Below, one piece after another: positions 42,305 through 51,250 of a stretch of DNA of 64,000 nt. Under the pieces are notes generated by a model. It ran no database searches, had not been told where the DNA came from, and saw only the letters and a program-made list of their open reading frames with translations. The translations under genes and the position numbers were made by a program. This DNA is from Microvirga sp. (GTDB lineage: Bacteria; Pseudomonadota; Alphaproteobacteria; Rhizobiales; Beijerinckiaceae). Location of the stretch: positions 58,052 to 122,051 of the forward strand of contig DASQMJ010000056.1 of the NCBI GenBank assembly GCA_035645535.1. Reading direction: 5' to 3'. Every line of letters starts with the position of its first letter. Positions within the stretch are counted from its first letter, which is position 1.

Positions 42305-43042
42305 ATGCTGATCCAATCGGTTTTCGCGGCGGCCCGGGAGGTCTTCTCCCCGGCCCTGAGGAGCATTCTCTGGAAGTCGCTGGCGCTCACGGCGGCCCTG
42401 CTGGCCCTGGTCTGGCTCGTCCTGACGCGCCTGTTCGACTATCTCCTCGACAGCTATCAGGTCGGCGCCGAATACCCGATCCTGGAGGGCTTCGCGTTCT
42501 TCCTGGCCGGGTTCGGGCTCTTCGTGGCGCTGATCTACCTGCTGCCGGCCGTCACGGCCATCGTGGCGGGTTACTTCCTCGACGACGTGGCCGAGGTGGT
42601 GGAGCGCACCGCTTACCCGGCCGACCCGCCGGGCCAGCCCCTGCCGTTCGGCAAGGCGATCCTCTACGGCCTGCGCTTCGCCGGGCTCTCCCTGCTGGTG
42701 AACCTGGCGGCCCTGCTGCTGTTCTTCATCCCCGGCGTCAACATCGCGGCCTTCTTCGTGGCCAATGCCTATCTGCTCGGCCGGGAATATTTCGAGCTCG
42801 CGGCGGGACGCTTCTGGCCGTCGGAGGACGTGGCGCGCATGCGCGTGGAGCACCGCGGCACAGTCTTCGCGGCCGGCGCGGTGCTCGCGGGTCTGGTGCT
42901 GGTGCCGGTCCTGAACCTCGTCACGCCGGTCTTCGGCGCGGCGATGATGGTTCACCTGCACAAGCGGCTAGTGGCTCGACGACTGGCCGACGGCCGGCCC
43001 GGAGGCCCGGTGCGGCTTGAAGTCGGACGCCGGTCCCCCTGA
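42305..43042 (+). CDS. EI24/CysZ-like membrane protein
   Basis: FLDDVAEVVE, NAYLLGREYFE, VPVLNLVTP. Confidence 0.85.
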   Translation: MLIQSVFAAAREVFSPALRSILWKSLALTAALLALVWLVLTRLFDYLLDSYQVGAEYPILEGFAFFLAGFGLFVALIYLLPAVTAIVAGYFLDDVAEVVERTAYPADPPGQPLPFGKAILYGLRFAGLSLLVNLAALLLFFIPGVNIAAFFVANAYLLGREYFELAAGRFWPSEDVARMRVEHRGTVFAAGAVLAGLVLVPVLNLVTPVFGAAMMVHLHKRLVARRLADGRPGGPVRLEVGRRSP

Positions 43043-44071
43043 CTCGGGGGCCAGCAGGTCGGGCGTCGTCTGCGTGGCGTTGCGCTTGAGGTCGAACTGG
43101 CCGGTCTTGCGGAAGCGGATCAGGTAGGCCGGCGCGATCGCCTCGATGGTGGTCGGCACGATGCCGAGGCCCTCCAGGGTGCGGCCCTCGGCGAGGGCCG
43201 CCTCGGACACCACGTTGTCCCGCTCCAGCAGGATCGCCTGGTCCTTGGTCATGACCAGCTCGTTCGGTACGAGGCCGAGGGTGATGGTGTCGAGGAACCC
43301 TAAGATGCTGCCCTGGATGCGCCCGACGGCGTTCGGCAGGGGCAGGATCGCCCGCTTGCGCTCGGTCACCTCGCACACGTATTCCACCAGCTGGCGCAGG
43401 GTCTTGATCTCGGGGCCGCCGAGCTCGTAGGTGCGCCCGCCGGGCACGACGCCGTCCACGGCCCGGACGATCGCCTCCGCCACGTCGCCCGCATAGACCG
43501 GCTGGAAGCGGGTGTCGGCGCCGGCAAGCGGTAGGACCGGAAGCATGCGCGCGAGCGACCCGAAGCGGGTGAACAGGCCGTCGCCCGGCCCGAACATGAG
43601 CGAGGGGCGCAGGATCACCGCATCGGGGCGCACCTTCAGCAGGGCGGCCTCGCCCGCCGCCTTGGAGCGGGCATAGGCGGATTCGGATTCCGGATCGGCC
43701 CCGATGGCCGAGACGTGGATGATGGTGGCGTCGGGGCGGGCGGCCTCGGCGATGATGCGCGGCCCCTCGGCATGAACCGCATCGAAGCGCTGGCGGCCCC
43801 GCTCCTGCAGGAGGCCGACCAGGTTGATCACGTGGTCGGCCTTGGCGACCGCGTGGGCGACGGATTCCGGATAACGCAGGTTGGCCTGGATCGGATGCAT
43901 CTGGCCGACCCGGCCCTGGGGCAGGTAGTTCGCCCGGTTCGGCTGCCGGGTGGCGACCAGCACCCGGTAGCCGCGCTTCGCCAGGGCGCTCACCACATAG
44001 CGGCCGAGAAAGCCCGAGCCGCCGAAGACGGTCACGAGTTGCTGGGAAGGCGTACGGATGGCGCCGATCAT
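42968..44071 (-). CDS. Complex I NDUFA9-like NAD(P)-binding SDR protein
   Basis: VTVFGGSGFLGR, HVSAIGAD, YARSKAAGE, FQPVYAGDVA. Confidence 0.9.
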   Translation of the reverse strand: MIGAIRTPSQQLVTVFGGSGFLGRYVVSALAKRGYRVLVATRQPNRANYLPQGRVGQMHPIQANLRYPESVAHAVAKADHVINLVGLLQERGRQRFDAVHAEGPRIIAEAARPDATIIHVSAIGADPESESAYARSKAAGEAALLKVRPDAVILRPSLMFGPGDGLFTRFGSLARMLPVLPLAGADTRFQPVYAGDVAEAIVRAVDGVVPGGRTYELGGPEIKTLRQLVEYVCEVTERKRAILPLPNAVGRIQGSILGFLDTITLGLVPNELVMTKDQAILLERDNVVSEAALAEGRTLEGLGIVPTTIEAIAPAYLIRFRKTGQFDLKRNATQTTPDLLAPESGGPASDFKPHRASGPAVGQSSSH

Positions 44072-44247
44072 GGGAAAGCTCCTGTCCACATGGGGTTGGA
44101 CCGAGGTCTGATGAGGTGTTGGAACGTCTCTAGTCAAACGCCCGACCCCTGTGAAGAGGCATGCGACAGAGAATACGACAAAGGTTCGTTTTCAGCGATT
44201 GACGCGACGCCGGAAGGGCTCTAAACGAAGCCTCGCCGAACAGGCAT

Positions 44248-44332
44248 GCCCAGGTGGCGGAATTGGTAGACGCGCTGGTTTCAGGTACCAGTGGTGAAAG
44301 CCGTGGAGGTTCGAGTCCTCTCCTGGGCACCA
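44248..44332 (+). tRNA. tRNA-Leu (anticodon CAG)
   Basis: GCCCAGG acceptor stem, anticodon arm CTGGT-TTCAGGT-ACCAG, long variable arm, GGTTCGAGTCC T-arm, encoded CCA; TTGACG promoter at about 44199. Confidence 0.98.
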
Positions 44333-44398
44333 TCCCTTCTCTAAGGGGTTGATGCAAAAGGAAATCCCGGAATATAAGGGTTTCAGCCTCTCCCTGCA

Positions 44399-44419
44399 GG
44401 TACACAGGGAAGGTACACA
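44399..44419 (+). repeat. Arm-type repeats, element 1 left end
   Basis: GGTACACA at 44399 and 44412; the same pair with the same 13-bp spacing at 53530 and 53543. Confidence 0.8.
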
Positions 44420-46056
44420 TGGTCATCTCGATGTCGCAACCCTGGAAGCACCCGGAGACGGGGGTATGGTACTTCCGTGGACGCGTTCCCGCGGACCTCA
44501 AGGAGAAGCTGGCAGGGCAGAAGCTCACCATTCGCGTTGGCGGCAAGGACCGCACCATCGTGGTGCGGGGCATCATCAAGGTGTCCCTCGGCACGAAGGA
44601 GATGGGAGAGGCGAAGGTTCGCCACGCCGCCGTCCAAGCGCAGTTTCAAGATCGATGGGCATTAGCGAGGAAAACACCTGTAACACTGTCCCATGAGGAA
44701 ATCATGGGTTTGGCTGGACGTGCTTACCGTGAACTCATCGCCGAGTTCCGAACGGAACCAGGAGACCCGGAAGGTTGGGACGATTACCGACACCATCTCC
44801 TTGAGCCCTTCGAGTATTTGGATGAGGAGAGCGATGGGGTCACTGACCCACCTTACGACCCGAAGCTCGCGCTCAAGCAGTTCACGAAACGGATCGACCT
44901 TGACGAGGTCATCGGCATCGGTGGGTTGGCGCTCGACGAAAGCTCACGCCTCAAGCTGCTGCAGGAGGTGGCGAAAGCGCGGGCGCTGGCTGCTAAGACG
45001 CTAGAGCGGTTCGCACTAGGCGATTACAGACCCGACAAGGAGGCCGAACGGTTCCCGCACTGGCAATCGCAGGGCCGCTTTCCTAGCCGTTCGGACGGTA
45101 GCGCCGGTCGCGCCGGTCGCCTGGAGGATCTGATTTCCGGTTGGGCGAAGGAGAAGAACCCACGGCCTGCAACCCTTGACCTCTGGCGCACCTACATCGC
45201 CGAGTTCGTAGCGTTCGTCGGGCACGACGACCCAAGTGCGATCCGTCGCCAGGACGTGGTGGCTTGGAAGCAGAAGCTCTTGGACGACGGGATCAGCCCC
45301 AAGACCATCAACGACAGCAAGCTCGCGGCACTCAAGGCTGTCCTGGGATGGGCTGCCGACAACGAACTGCTGCGAGAGAACCCCGCTGCTCGTGTTGCCG
45401 TGAAGCGAGCCAAGAAACCTGGCGAGCGGATGCTTGGGTTCAGCAAGGATGAAGCGGCGACGATCCTCTGGGCGGCCTCGCAGCAGACCAGCCCGGTCTA
45501 CCGATGGGTTCCCCTCCTGTGTGCGGCTTCTGGTGCGCGGGTAGCCGAGGTTTGCCAGCTCCGAGCTGAGGACATTGAGCAGGTGGATGGGGTATGGGTC
45601 ATGCACATCAGTGCTGAGTCAGGATCGTTGAAGAACGAGAACTCCGAACGGACGGTGCCGCTACACCCGGCCGTGCTTCAAGCCGGGTTCATTGAGTTCG
45701 CAAAACGAAAGGGCGCAGGCCCACTCTTCTTCGATCCCAAGCGCCGGAAGGCCGGAGCCAAGAAGCCCCCGGCCAAGATCGTCGCGAAGAACGTTGCGTC
45801 CTGGGTCCACAAGCTCGGGATTGAGGTCGGGCGCAAGAAACACCGCAAGGACCCGAACCACGGATGGCGTCACCTGTTCAAGACGCTCGGACGCGAAGCT
45901 GGGATCCAGGATAGTGTGCTCGACGCGATCACGGGGAACGCGCCGCCGACAGTCGGACAGGCTTACGGTGAGACGTGGTTGACAACGGCCGCGCGTTCGA
46001 TCGCCCTGATCAAGCTGCCGGGCGTTGACGCAGAGACCGCACAAGCCGCAGCGTAG
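44419..46056 (+). CDS. Tyrosine integrase with DUF6538-like N-terminal domain
   Basis: GVWYFRGRVPADL N-domain; catalytic SGARVAE, SLKN, HGWRH, ITGN, AYG. Confidence 0.92.
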   Translation: MVISMSQPWKHPETGVWYFRGRVPADLKEKLAGQKLTIRVGGKDRTIVVRGIIKVSLGTKEMGEAKVRHAAVQAQFQDRWALARKTPVTLSHEEIMGLAGRAYRELIAEFRTEPGDPEGWDDYRHHLLEPFEYLDEESDGVTDPPYDPKLALKQFTKRIDLDEVIGIGGLALDESSRLKLLQEVAKARALAAKTLERFALGDYRPDKEAERFPHWQSQGRFPSRSDGSAGRAGRLEDLISGWAKEKNPRPATLDLWRTYIAEFVAFVGHDDPSAIRRQDVVAWKQKLLDDGISPKTINDSKLAALKAVLGWAADNELLRENPAARVAVKRAKKPGERMLGFSKDEAATILWAASQQTSPVYRWVPLLCAASGARVAEVCQLRAEDIEQVDGVWVMHISAESGSLKNENSERTVPLHPAVLQAGFIEFAKRKGAGPLFFDPKRRKAGAKKPPAKIVAKNVASWVHKLGIEVGRKKHRKDPNHGWRHLFKTLGREAGIQDSVLDAITGNAPPTVGQAYGETWLTTAARSIALIKLPGVDAETAQAAA

Positions 46057-46080
46057 GACGAGAATGGAGGCTGCTATGCC

Positions 46081-46719
46081 CTAAACGTCCACGGTCACAA
46101 ACGGGTCGCTCGCCTCCATGTACTCGGCTCTGGCCTCCAAGTTCTGACGACCTTTGGTCAGTCGGATGGTGCCGTCCTTCCACCGCTGCCAATATGCGCG
46201 ATCGTTCTCGCGGCGCCTGGCGTACCGGACCACCAGGGCGCGGTCGATCTCGATGATCTTCGCGATGTGTTCGTGGCAGATGTCGCGGAAGTGATCGAGG
46301 AGCCAACAGACCTCCTCCTGGGTCTTCATGGGACGACGGCGATGCCGTGCGAACTCTGCCAGGGCCTTAGCCTTCTCCTCGATACCGATATCTTGACGGA
46401 GGGACAGCTCGTAGTCCTCCCGTGTGTGTTCCCAAGCCTGTGCGATCAGATCCTGCCCACGCGGGCTGATCACATCGAACGGTTTTCCTGACTTGGGCCG
46501 TTCGTGGCGCTTGCCCAAGCCACGCTCTACAGCCCATTTGGGTAGGCGGTATCGGCCCGCCTCCGGCTGCAATATGCCCATATGATGCAGAATGGCGCGG
46601 AACTGCCTCGGACCGACCCGGTAGCGTTGGGCCAACTCGGTGATGGGGAGCCAATCTCCGATGGAGATGATTTCAAGGTCCCCTGTGGTTCGGTTCAGTA
46701 CCTCCTGCGTGTAAATCAT
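46081..46719 (-). CDS. Hypothetical DNA-binding protein, KilAC/antirepressor-like N-terminus
   Basis: ITELAQRY.VG...F..IL...GIL...ISPRGQDLI resembles the ANT/KilAC winged helix; possible second HTH near the C-terminus. Confidence 0.5.
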   Translation of the reverse strand: MIYTQEVLNRTTGDLEIISIGDWLPITELAQRYRVGPRQFRAILHHMGILQPEAGRYRLPKWAVERGLGKRHERPKSGKPFDVISPRGQDLIAQAWEHTREDYELSLRQDIGIEEKAKALAEFARHRRRPMKTQEEVCWLLDHFRDICHEHIAKIIEIDRALVVRYARRRENDRAYWQRWKDGTIRLTKGRQNLEARAEYMEASDPFVTVDV

Positions 46720-46928
46720 AGGATGCCTCCAGAAGCACAAAGCCCGCCGAGGGGTCTCGACGGGCGGCTCGTTGGTCAGTTTTGAGGAAGTCACGGTCTT
46801 GAGTAATAGACTCGACACACCCGACGAGATGAACGCGGTCGCGCCTCAGGACTCAATGAGCGGCGGTGACTTCCAAGTTCTTCAAGAGGAAGGATTCTGA
46901 GACTTGCAAAAGGGCAGCTAATCGCCTG

Positions 46929-47495
46929 TCATGCGTCTCCAACCTCCACAGGGACGAAGTAAGTCTCATAACTCCGTCCACCCTGCTCAGTAGCCTTGAA
47001 CGCTTGGTCTCGTGCGAGCATGTTCACAAACTCGTTGGCATGGTCTCCTGCATGGCCCCTGACCCACGCGAACCGGACGCCTGGACGCTCATCCGAGAGG
47101 CGATGCAGGGCCCGCCAGAGATCCGCGTTGGCGACCGGCTGGCCCTTGCTGTTCCTCCAGCCCCGTCGTTCCCACGCTAGCCGCCATTCGGTGACGCCCC
47201 GAACCACGTACTCGCTGTCGCAGTGGATGACCCCGGATGCGCCGTGCGGGAGCGCCTGTAGGGCTTCTATCGCAGCCCGCAACTCCATCTGGTTATTGGT
47301 CGCATGGGGCTCCGATCCAACCCGCATCTGTTCCGTTCCGTCAGGATGAACAATGAGAACAGCCCACCCTGCGGGACCTGGGTTGTGGAGCGATGAGCCG
47401 TCTGCGTACGCCACGAAGGCGTCAGCCTGCAGCTTCCCTCCCGGCGATTGGAGAGGGGACGATTGAGATGAGTATGGTTGTTGATGTTCGTGCAT
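46929..47495 (-). CDS. Ribonuclease HI family protein
   Basis: YADGSS..NPGPAGW, TNNQMELRA, DSEYV, V.NADLW, WVRGHAG; start uncertain. Confidence 0.9.
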   Translation of the reverse strand: MHEHQQPYSSQSSPLQSPGGKLQADAFVAYADGSSLHNPGPAGWAVLIVHPDGTEQMRVGSEPHATNNQMELRAAIEALQALPHGASGVIHCDSEYVVRGVTEWRLAWERRGWRNSKGQPVANADLWRALHRLSDERPGVRFAWVRGHAGDHANEFVNMLARDQAFKATEQGGRSYETYFVPVEVGDA

Positions 47496-48115
47496 GTGCT
47501 TTTTCCACGACAAAGTGCGGGCCAGTTCGACGACCGCCCGCGTGGTGACGCTGATTGCTGGCGAAGAAGGGGGTGCCACAACAGATCCTGACACCCGCGG
47601 AATGAAAGACGCGGAATGCCGTCAGCGGCTGAGCGTCTCTCCTGGAGGTGGGGGCTAATTCGGCCCCTTCTCTGAAAGTGAGGGATAATTCGACATCGGT
47701 GCAGTCACTGCACTTTTGGTCGGCGCAGCCATGCTCTGGGAGGCTCTTTGTTCGGCCGTTACAATCAAGCTGCGGCCGACCTCGGTCCCTTCGCTAGCCG
47801 CGCGAGGGTGGACCTGGAGCAGCTCGCCGCCCTCTGGATTGTCGTCCGAGGCTGTTTGGCCCCGGGAATGATCCACTAGGGCCAACCAGCGAGCTTCAGG
47901 TATGGTCTCAGGACAGCGTTGGAGTACCATCCTGATCCGTCACCCCAGGTCTGCTAAGGTGAGCCTTGTGGGAAGAGCAATAGGCTGAGGAGCGAGATGT
48001 CGTTGGGGCTCCACAGCCTGGAGAACGACATGTGCGAGTCATGGCGATTTCAGCAGTTGTACCCATCCTCAAGAAGACAGACATGGATAACGAAACTCAC
48101 CTCTTCAGTCCTGGG

Positions 48116-48973
48116 TTAGTCGTGGTCGAGGTACTCAAGATACTTTTCGAGCGGCACCTCGATTGCAGCGACTGCACTCAGGTTGACGAAGTGAATATCT
48201 GAACCCTCCTCTCCAACAGCGATAAAGGCATTTCGACCGACATCATCGACGTTCATGCTGAGGTTGTTGAAGTCCGTTGTTGTCTCGTCAGTCAGGAAGT
48301 GAGCCGAGGTCCGTCCGTCCGGGTAGAACACCGTGGCTTGGTTCATGGCCCTTTCAGCCCGTTCTTCCTCCTCAGGTGTCACCTCGTCGTTTCCGTCCTT
48401 GTCGAAAAGGGACCTGATGACCTGTTTCCGCTCCTCAACCACGATTGGACCAAGTTGGCTGACGGGAATGCCCCGCGTCAGGTTCTGGTAGGTCTGAGGT
48501 GAGGCGCGGAAGGGCATCGGCTCCTTGTCATCGGAAACTAGTTCGAGATCGGCCAGATAGGCTGGATTGAGGAATACGAGCCGGTTGTCGAGAGTACCAA
48601 ACTGCAGCCAACCCTTCTGCCCATCGAGGTCAAAGCCTGGACGGAGCTTCTGGACAACATAGTCTCGCTGCTGCTTGTCAATCGGATAAGCCCGGCTACC
48701 GAAACCGAAGCTGACCCGGAGAGTGCCGAACGGATGCTGATGGTCGGCCCGCCCGAACGCGGCTCCCGTCCGCTCACTTGGATGGAGTTCAAAGCCCAGC
48801 AGTTCATCAACGCTGCAGCTGAATAGCGCAGCGAGATCCTTGAGTTGAGCGACTGGAATAGCCGTCTGACCGGTCTCCCATCGGGCAATCGTCTGCTGCG
48901 TGGTCCCGAGTTTCTCCGCGACATCCTTCTGCTTGAGGCCATAACGGGACCGAAGTTCCTTGAGTCTGTTCAT
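48116..48973 (-). CDS. XRE-family HTH regulator with long C-terminal domain
   Basis: NRLKELR...LKQKDVAEKLGTTQQTIARWETG HTH_3. Confidence 0.85.
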   Translation of the reverse strand: MNRLKELRSRYGLKQKDVAEKLGTTQQTIARWETGQTAIPVAQLKDLAALFSCSVDELLGFELHPSERTGAAFGRADHQHPFGTLRVSFGFGSRAYPIDKQQRDYVVQKLRPGFDLDGQKGWLQFGTLDNRLVFLNPAYLADLELVSDDKEPMPFRASPQTYQNLTRGIPVSQLGPIVVEERKQVIRSLFDKDGNDEVTPEEEERAERAMNQATVFYPDGRTSAHFLTDETTTDFNNLSMNVDDVGRNAFIAVGEEGSDIHFVNLSAVAAIEVPLEKYLEYLDHD

Positions 48974-48975
48974 TC

Positions 48976-49060
48976 AACACTCCAAACGTGTTTTCATACA
49001 CATATTATGCGTTCAGAGTTCAAACACGCCAAGTGTGTTCACAAACACGCACTGCGCGTG
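48976..49060 (-). promoter_or_regulatory. Promoter and four operator boxes of the XRE gene
   Basis: AACAC-N7-GTGTT-type boxes at 48976, 48997, 49023, 49044; minus-strand TTGGCG-17-CATAAT (49032 to 49004). Confidence 0.7.
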
Positions 49061-49600
49061 TCAGGCCAGGACCCGATAGACACTAGCCCGACCTATACCG
49101 AGCCGCTTGGCAATCGCGGAGGCCCCAAGTCCTTCCGCATGCAGACGACGCACTTCTGCAGGGTCGATGCTCGGCTTGCGGCCCTTGTAGACCCCCTGCT
49201 GCTTCGCCTTAGCGATTCCCTCCATCTGGCGCTCGCGCCGTAGGTTCGTCTCGAATTCAGCAAACACGCCGAGCATATCCAAAAAGCACTTCCCTGCTGC
49301 CGTGCTGGTGTCGATAGGCTGGTCCGTTGCTTGGAGTTCCGCACCCTTCATACGGATCGTTTTCACGATATCCTGCAGATCACCCACTGAGCGGGCGAGG
49401 CGATCTACCTTCGTGACCATGAGCACGTCTCCGGGCCGGAGGAAGGCGAGAAGCGTGTCCAACTCCTTGCGGCCTTCGCGGGACGTACCACTCGCCTTCT
49501 CCTCGCGGATGATCGTGCAGCCAGCTTGGGTGAGCTTCTCGATTTGAGTGGTGAGGTTCTGGTCGACCGTGCTGACACGAGCGTAGCCATAAATGGCCAT
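49061..49600 (-). CDS. Serine resolvase/invertase
   Basis: YGYARVST catalytic Ser, KVDRLARS, FAEFE, C-terminal HTH IGRASVYR. Confidence 0.95.
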   Translation of the reverse strand: MAIYGYARVSTVDQNLTTQIEKLTQAGCTIIREEKASGTSREGRKELDTLLAFLRPGDVLMVTKVDRLARSVGDLQDIVKTIRMKGAELQATDQPIDTSTAAGKCFLDMLGVFAEFETNLRRERQMEGIAKAKQQGVYKGRKPSIDPAEVRRLHAEGLGASAIAKRLGIGRASVYRVLA

Positions 49601-49614
49601 GTCGGTCCTCCTGC

Positions 49615-49732
49615 TGTCTCATTTGGATCTAGAGACAGGAAGGATTATGTCTCGTAATTCTGATGTCAACCCATATGAGACGCTCAAGGTGTCTCATGAA
49701 CATGCCTCGTTAGGGTGTAACCTCTGCGAGGC
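49615..49732. promoter_or_regulatory. Putative res site (multiple subsites)
   Basis: TGTCTC half-sites at 49615, 49648, 49690 with inverted GAGACA/TGAGAC/GAGGCA partners at 49632, 49676, 49727, directly upstream of the resolvase. Confidence 0.65.
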
Positions 49733-49991
49733 ACGAAAGTAGCAATGAGGCACTCCCAGAACCATGCTTTCTCGACGAGCTGAATTGTTAGTTTTCCCAC
49801 CTAGCAAGGGTCAGGCGTTGGACCTTGCTACCTCTATTGTTTGAGTCCGCTTACATTAAGCAAGTGGGACGCCGATTTGGTTCCCTAGAGCTGACATTCT
49901 GGAGCCAGCATGCCATATATGTACAAGCCAACCGACTTCCCACCAATCTATCCCATATGTCCATTGTGATGCACAATCTGGTGGAGGAAAG

Positions 49992-50040
49992 GTCAAAATG
50001 TTCCTTATAATTGACATCCTTAGCTTCTTTGCGCTATCTT
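49992..50040 (+). promoter_or_regulatory. hipA operon promoter with overlapping inverted repeat
   Basis: TTGACA (50011)-18 nt-TATCTT; GTCAA-N14-TTGAC palindrome overlapping the -35. Confidence 0.6.
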
Positions 50041-50050
50041 GCGCACCGCA

Positions 50051-51250
50051 ATGAACAATGAGGGGCTCGTGGCTGAACGCAGTGCAACTGTTCTATTTAA
50101 GGATGCACCAGCTGGCACCTTAACAGAGTTAGAAGGCGGCGGAACTCGCTTTACTTACCGAGAGGGCTGGACAACTCCAATCGCATGTACCCTACCGACA
50201 AACGACCGAGAGCATGTTTGGCGGGCAGGTCTACACCCCTTTTTTCAGCATCTTGGTCCTGAGGGTTGGCTTCGTGAGAAGCAAGCTCGTGCAGGCAGGG
50301 TTGATGAGGAAGATGATTTTGGTCTCCTCCTGCGATATGGGCGCGATTGTATCGGTGCAGTTGGTGTTCAGGCTTCTGAGGACTTACAAGCCCCTATAAC
50401 TTCGATTGGTGATGTTGAGGCGGAGGCTGCGACTTCGAGCCGTCGCACCGTCTCCGGCGTCCAGAGGAAGTTACTCGCCTATAAAGATGATGGCCTGTAT
50501 CATCCATCAAGTTCCGCATCCCCAGCAACTCATATAGCAAAGTTCAACGATCGTACGAATGATACGCTTGTTCGTAATGAACTCACTACACTGAGACTTG
50601 CGCAAGAACTTCTTGGTGAGCGCGAAGTCACTCGTTTCGAGGCAGCGACAATCACTGAACTTGAAGAAATAGCTCTTGTTGTAGAACGGTTTGACCGCAC
50701 GCCCACCGGCGAGAAACTAAGACTAGAGGATTTTGCTCAGATACTTAATAAGCCGCGCGGCTTAGATTTTAAGGGAAAGTATGATGCCAGCTATGAGGAA
50801 GTTGCTGCCGCTCTCAAAACGTACTCTGCTCGTCCCATAATCGATCTGGACCGACTCTACCGGCGTATTGTGGTTAACTTCCTAGTAGGAAACGCTGACG
50901 CTCATTTAAAGAACTTTTCCTTGCTTGAGTACTCGGAGGGGATGCGTCTCTCTCCAGCGTACGACATCCTCAACACCCTTTGGTATGGGGCTCAGTATGA
51001 TACGCATGTAGCTCTAAGCATTAACGGTGAAAGGCCACTCCTGGACGAGATCAATCATGCGATGGTGTTAGAGTTCGGGCGTTCCATCGGATTGAATGAT
51101 CGAGCAATCACAAAGGCACTACGCGATCTAAAAGGGAGGCTTTCAAAAAGCCGAATCATTAATCGGCCGCCCAATGCTCCACCATCAGAGTTCTTCGATC
51201 GCTACAACGAAATTGTCACTAACGCTGGGCTAAGGATTTTAGAGACGTGA
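50051..51250 (+). CDS. hipA: HipA-family Ser/Thr kinase toxin
   Basis: N-terminal couple_hipA-like region (LHPFF..L.PEGWL, DCIGAV), SGVQRK loop, VERFDR, EDFAQ, GNADAHLKNFS, LSPAYD. Confidence 0.92.
   Translation: MNNEGLVAERSATVLFKDAPAGTLTELEGGGTRFTYREGWTTPIACTLPTNDREHVWRAGLHPFFQHLGPEGWLREKQARAGRVDEEDDFGLLLRYGRDCIGAVGVQASEDLQAPITSIGDVEAEAATSSRRTVSGVQRKLLAYKDDGLYHPSSSASPATHIAKFNDRTNDTLVRNELTTLRLAQELLGEREVTRFEAATITELEEIALVVERFDRTPTGEKLRLEDFAQILNKPRGLDFKGKYDASYEEVAAALKTYSARPIIDLDRLYRRIVVNFLVGNADAHLKNFSLLEYSEGMRLSPAYDILNTLWYGAQYDTHVALSINGERPLLDEINHAMVLEFGRSIGLNDRAITKALRDLKGRLSKSRIINRPPNAPPSEFFDRYNEIVTNAGLRILET

Noticed and set aside
47655-47930. 91-aa minus-strand ORF in element 1
   Set aside because: No recognisable motif or clear RBS; cannot be supported as a gene
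46929-48110. Retron or other RT system suggested by the RNase H gene and the 0.5-kb gap upstream
   Set aside because: No reverse transcriptase (YxDD) ORF in the window and no convincing msr-msd inverted repeats by eye
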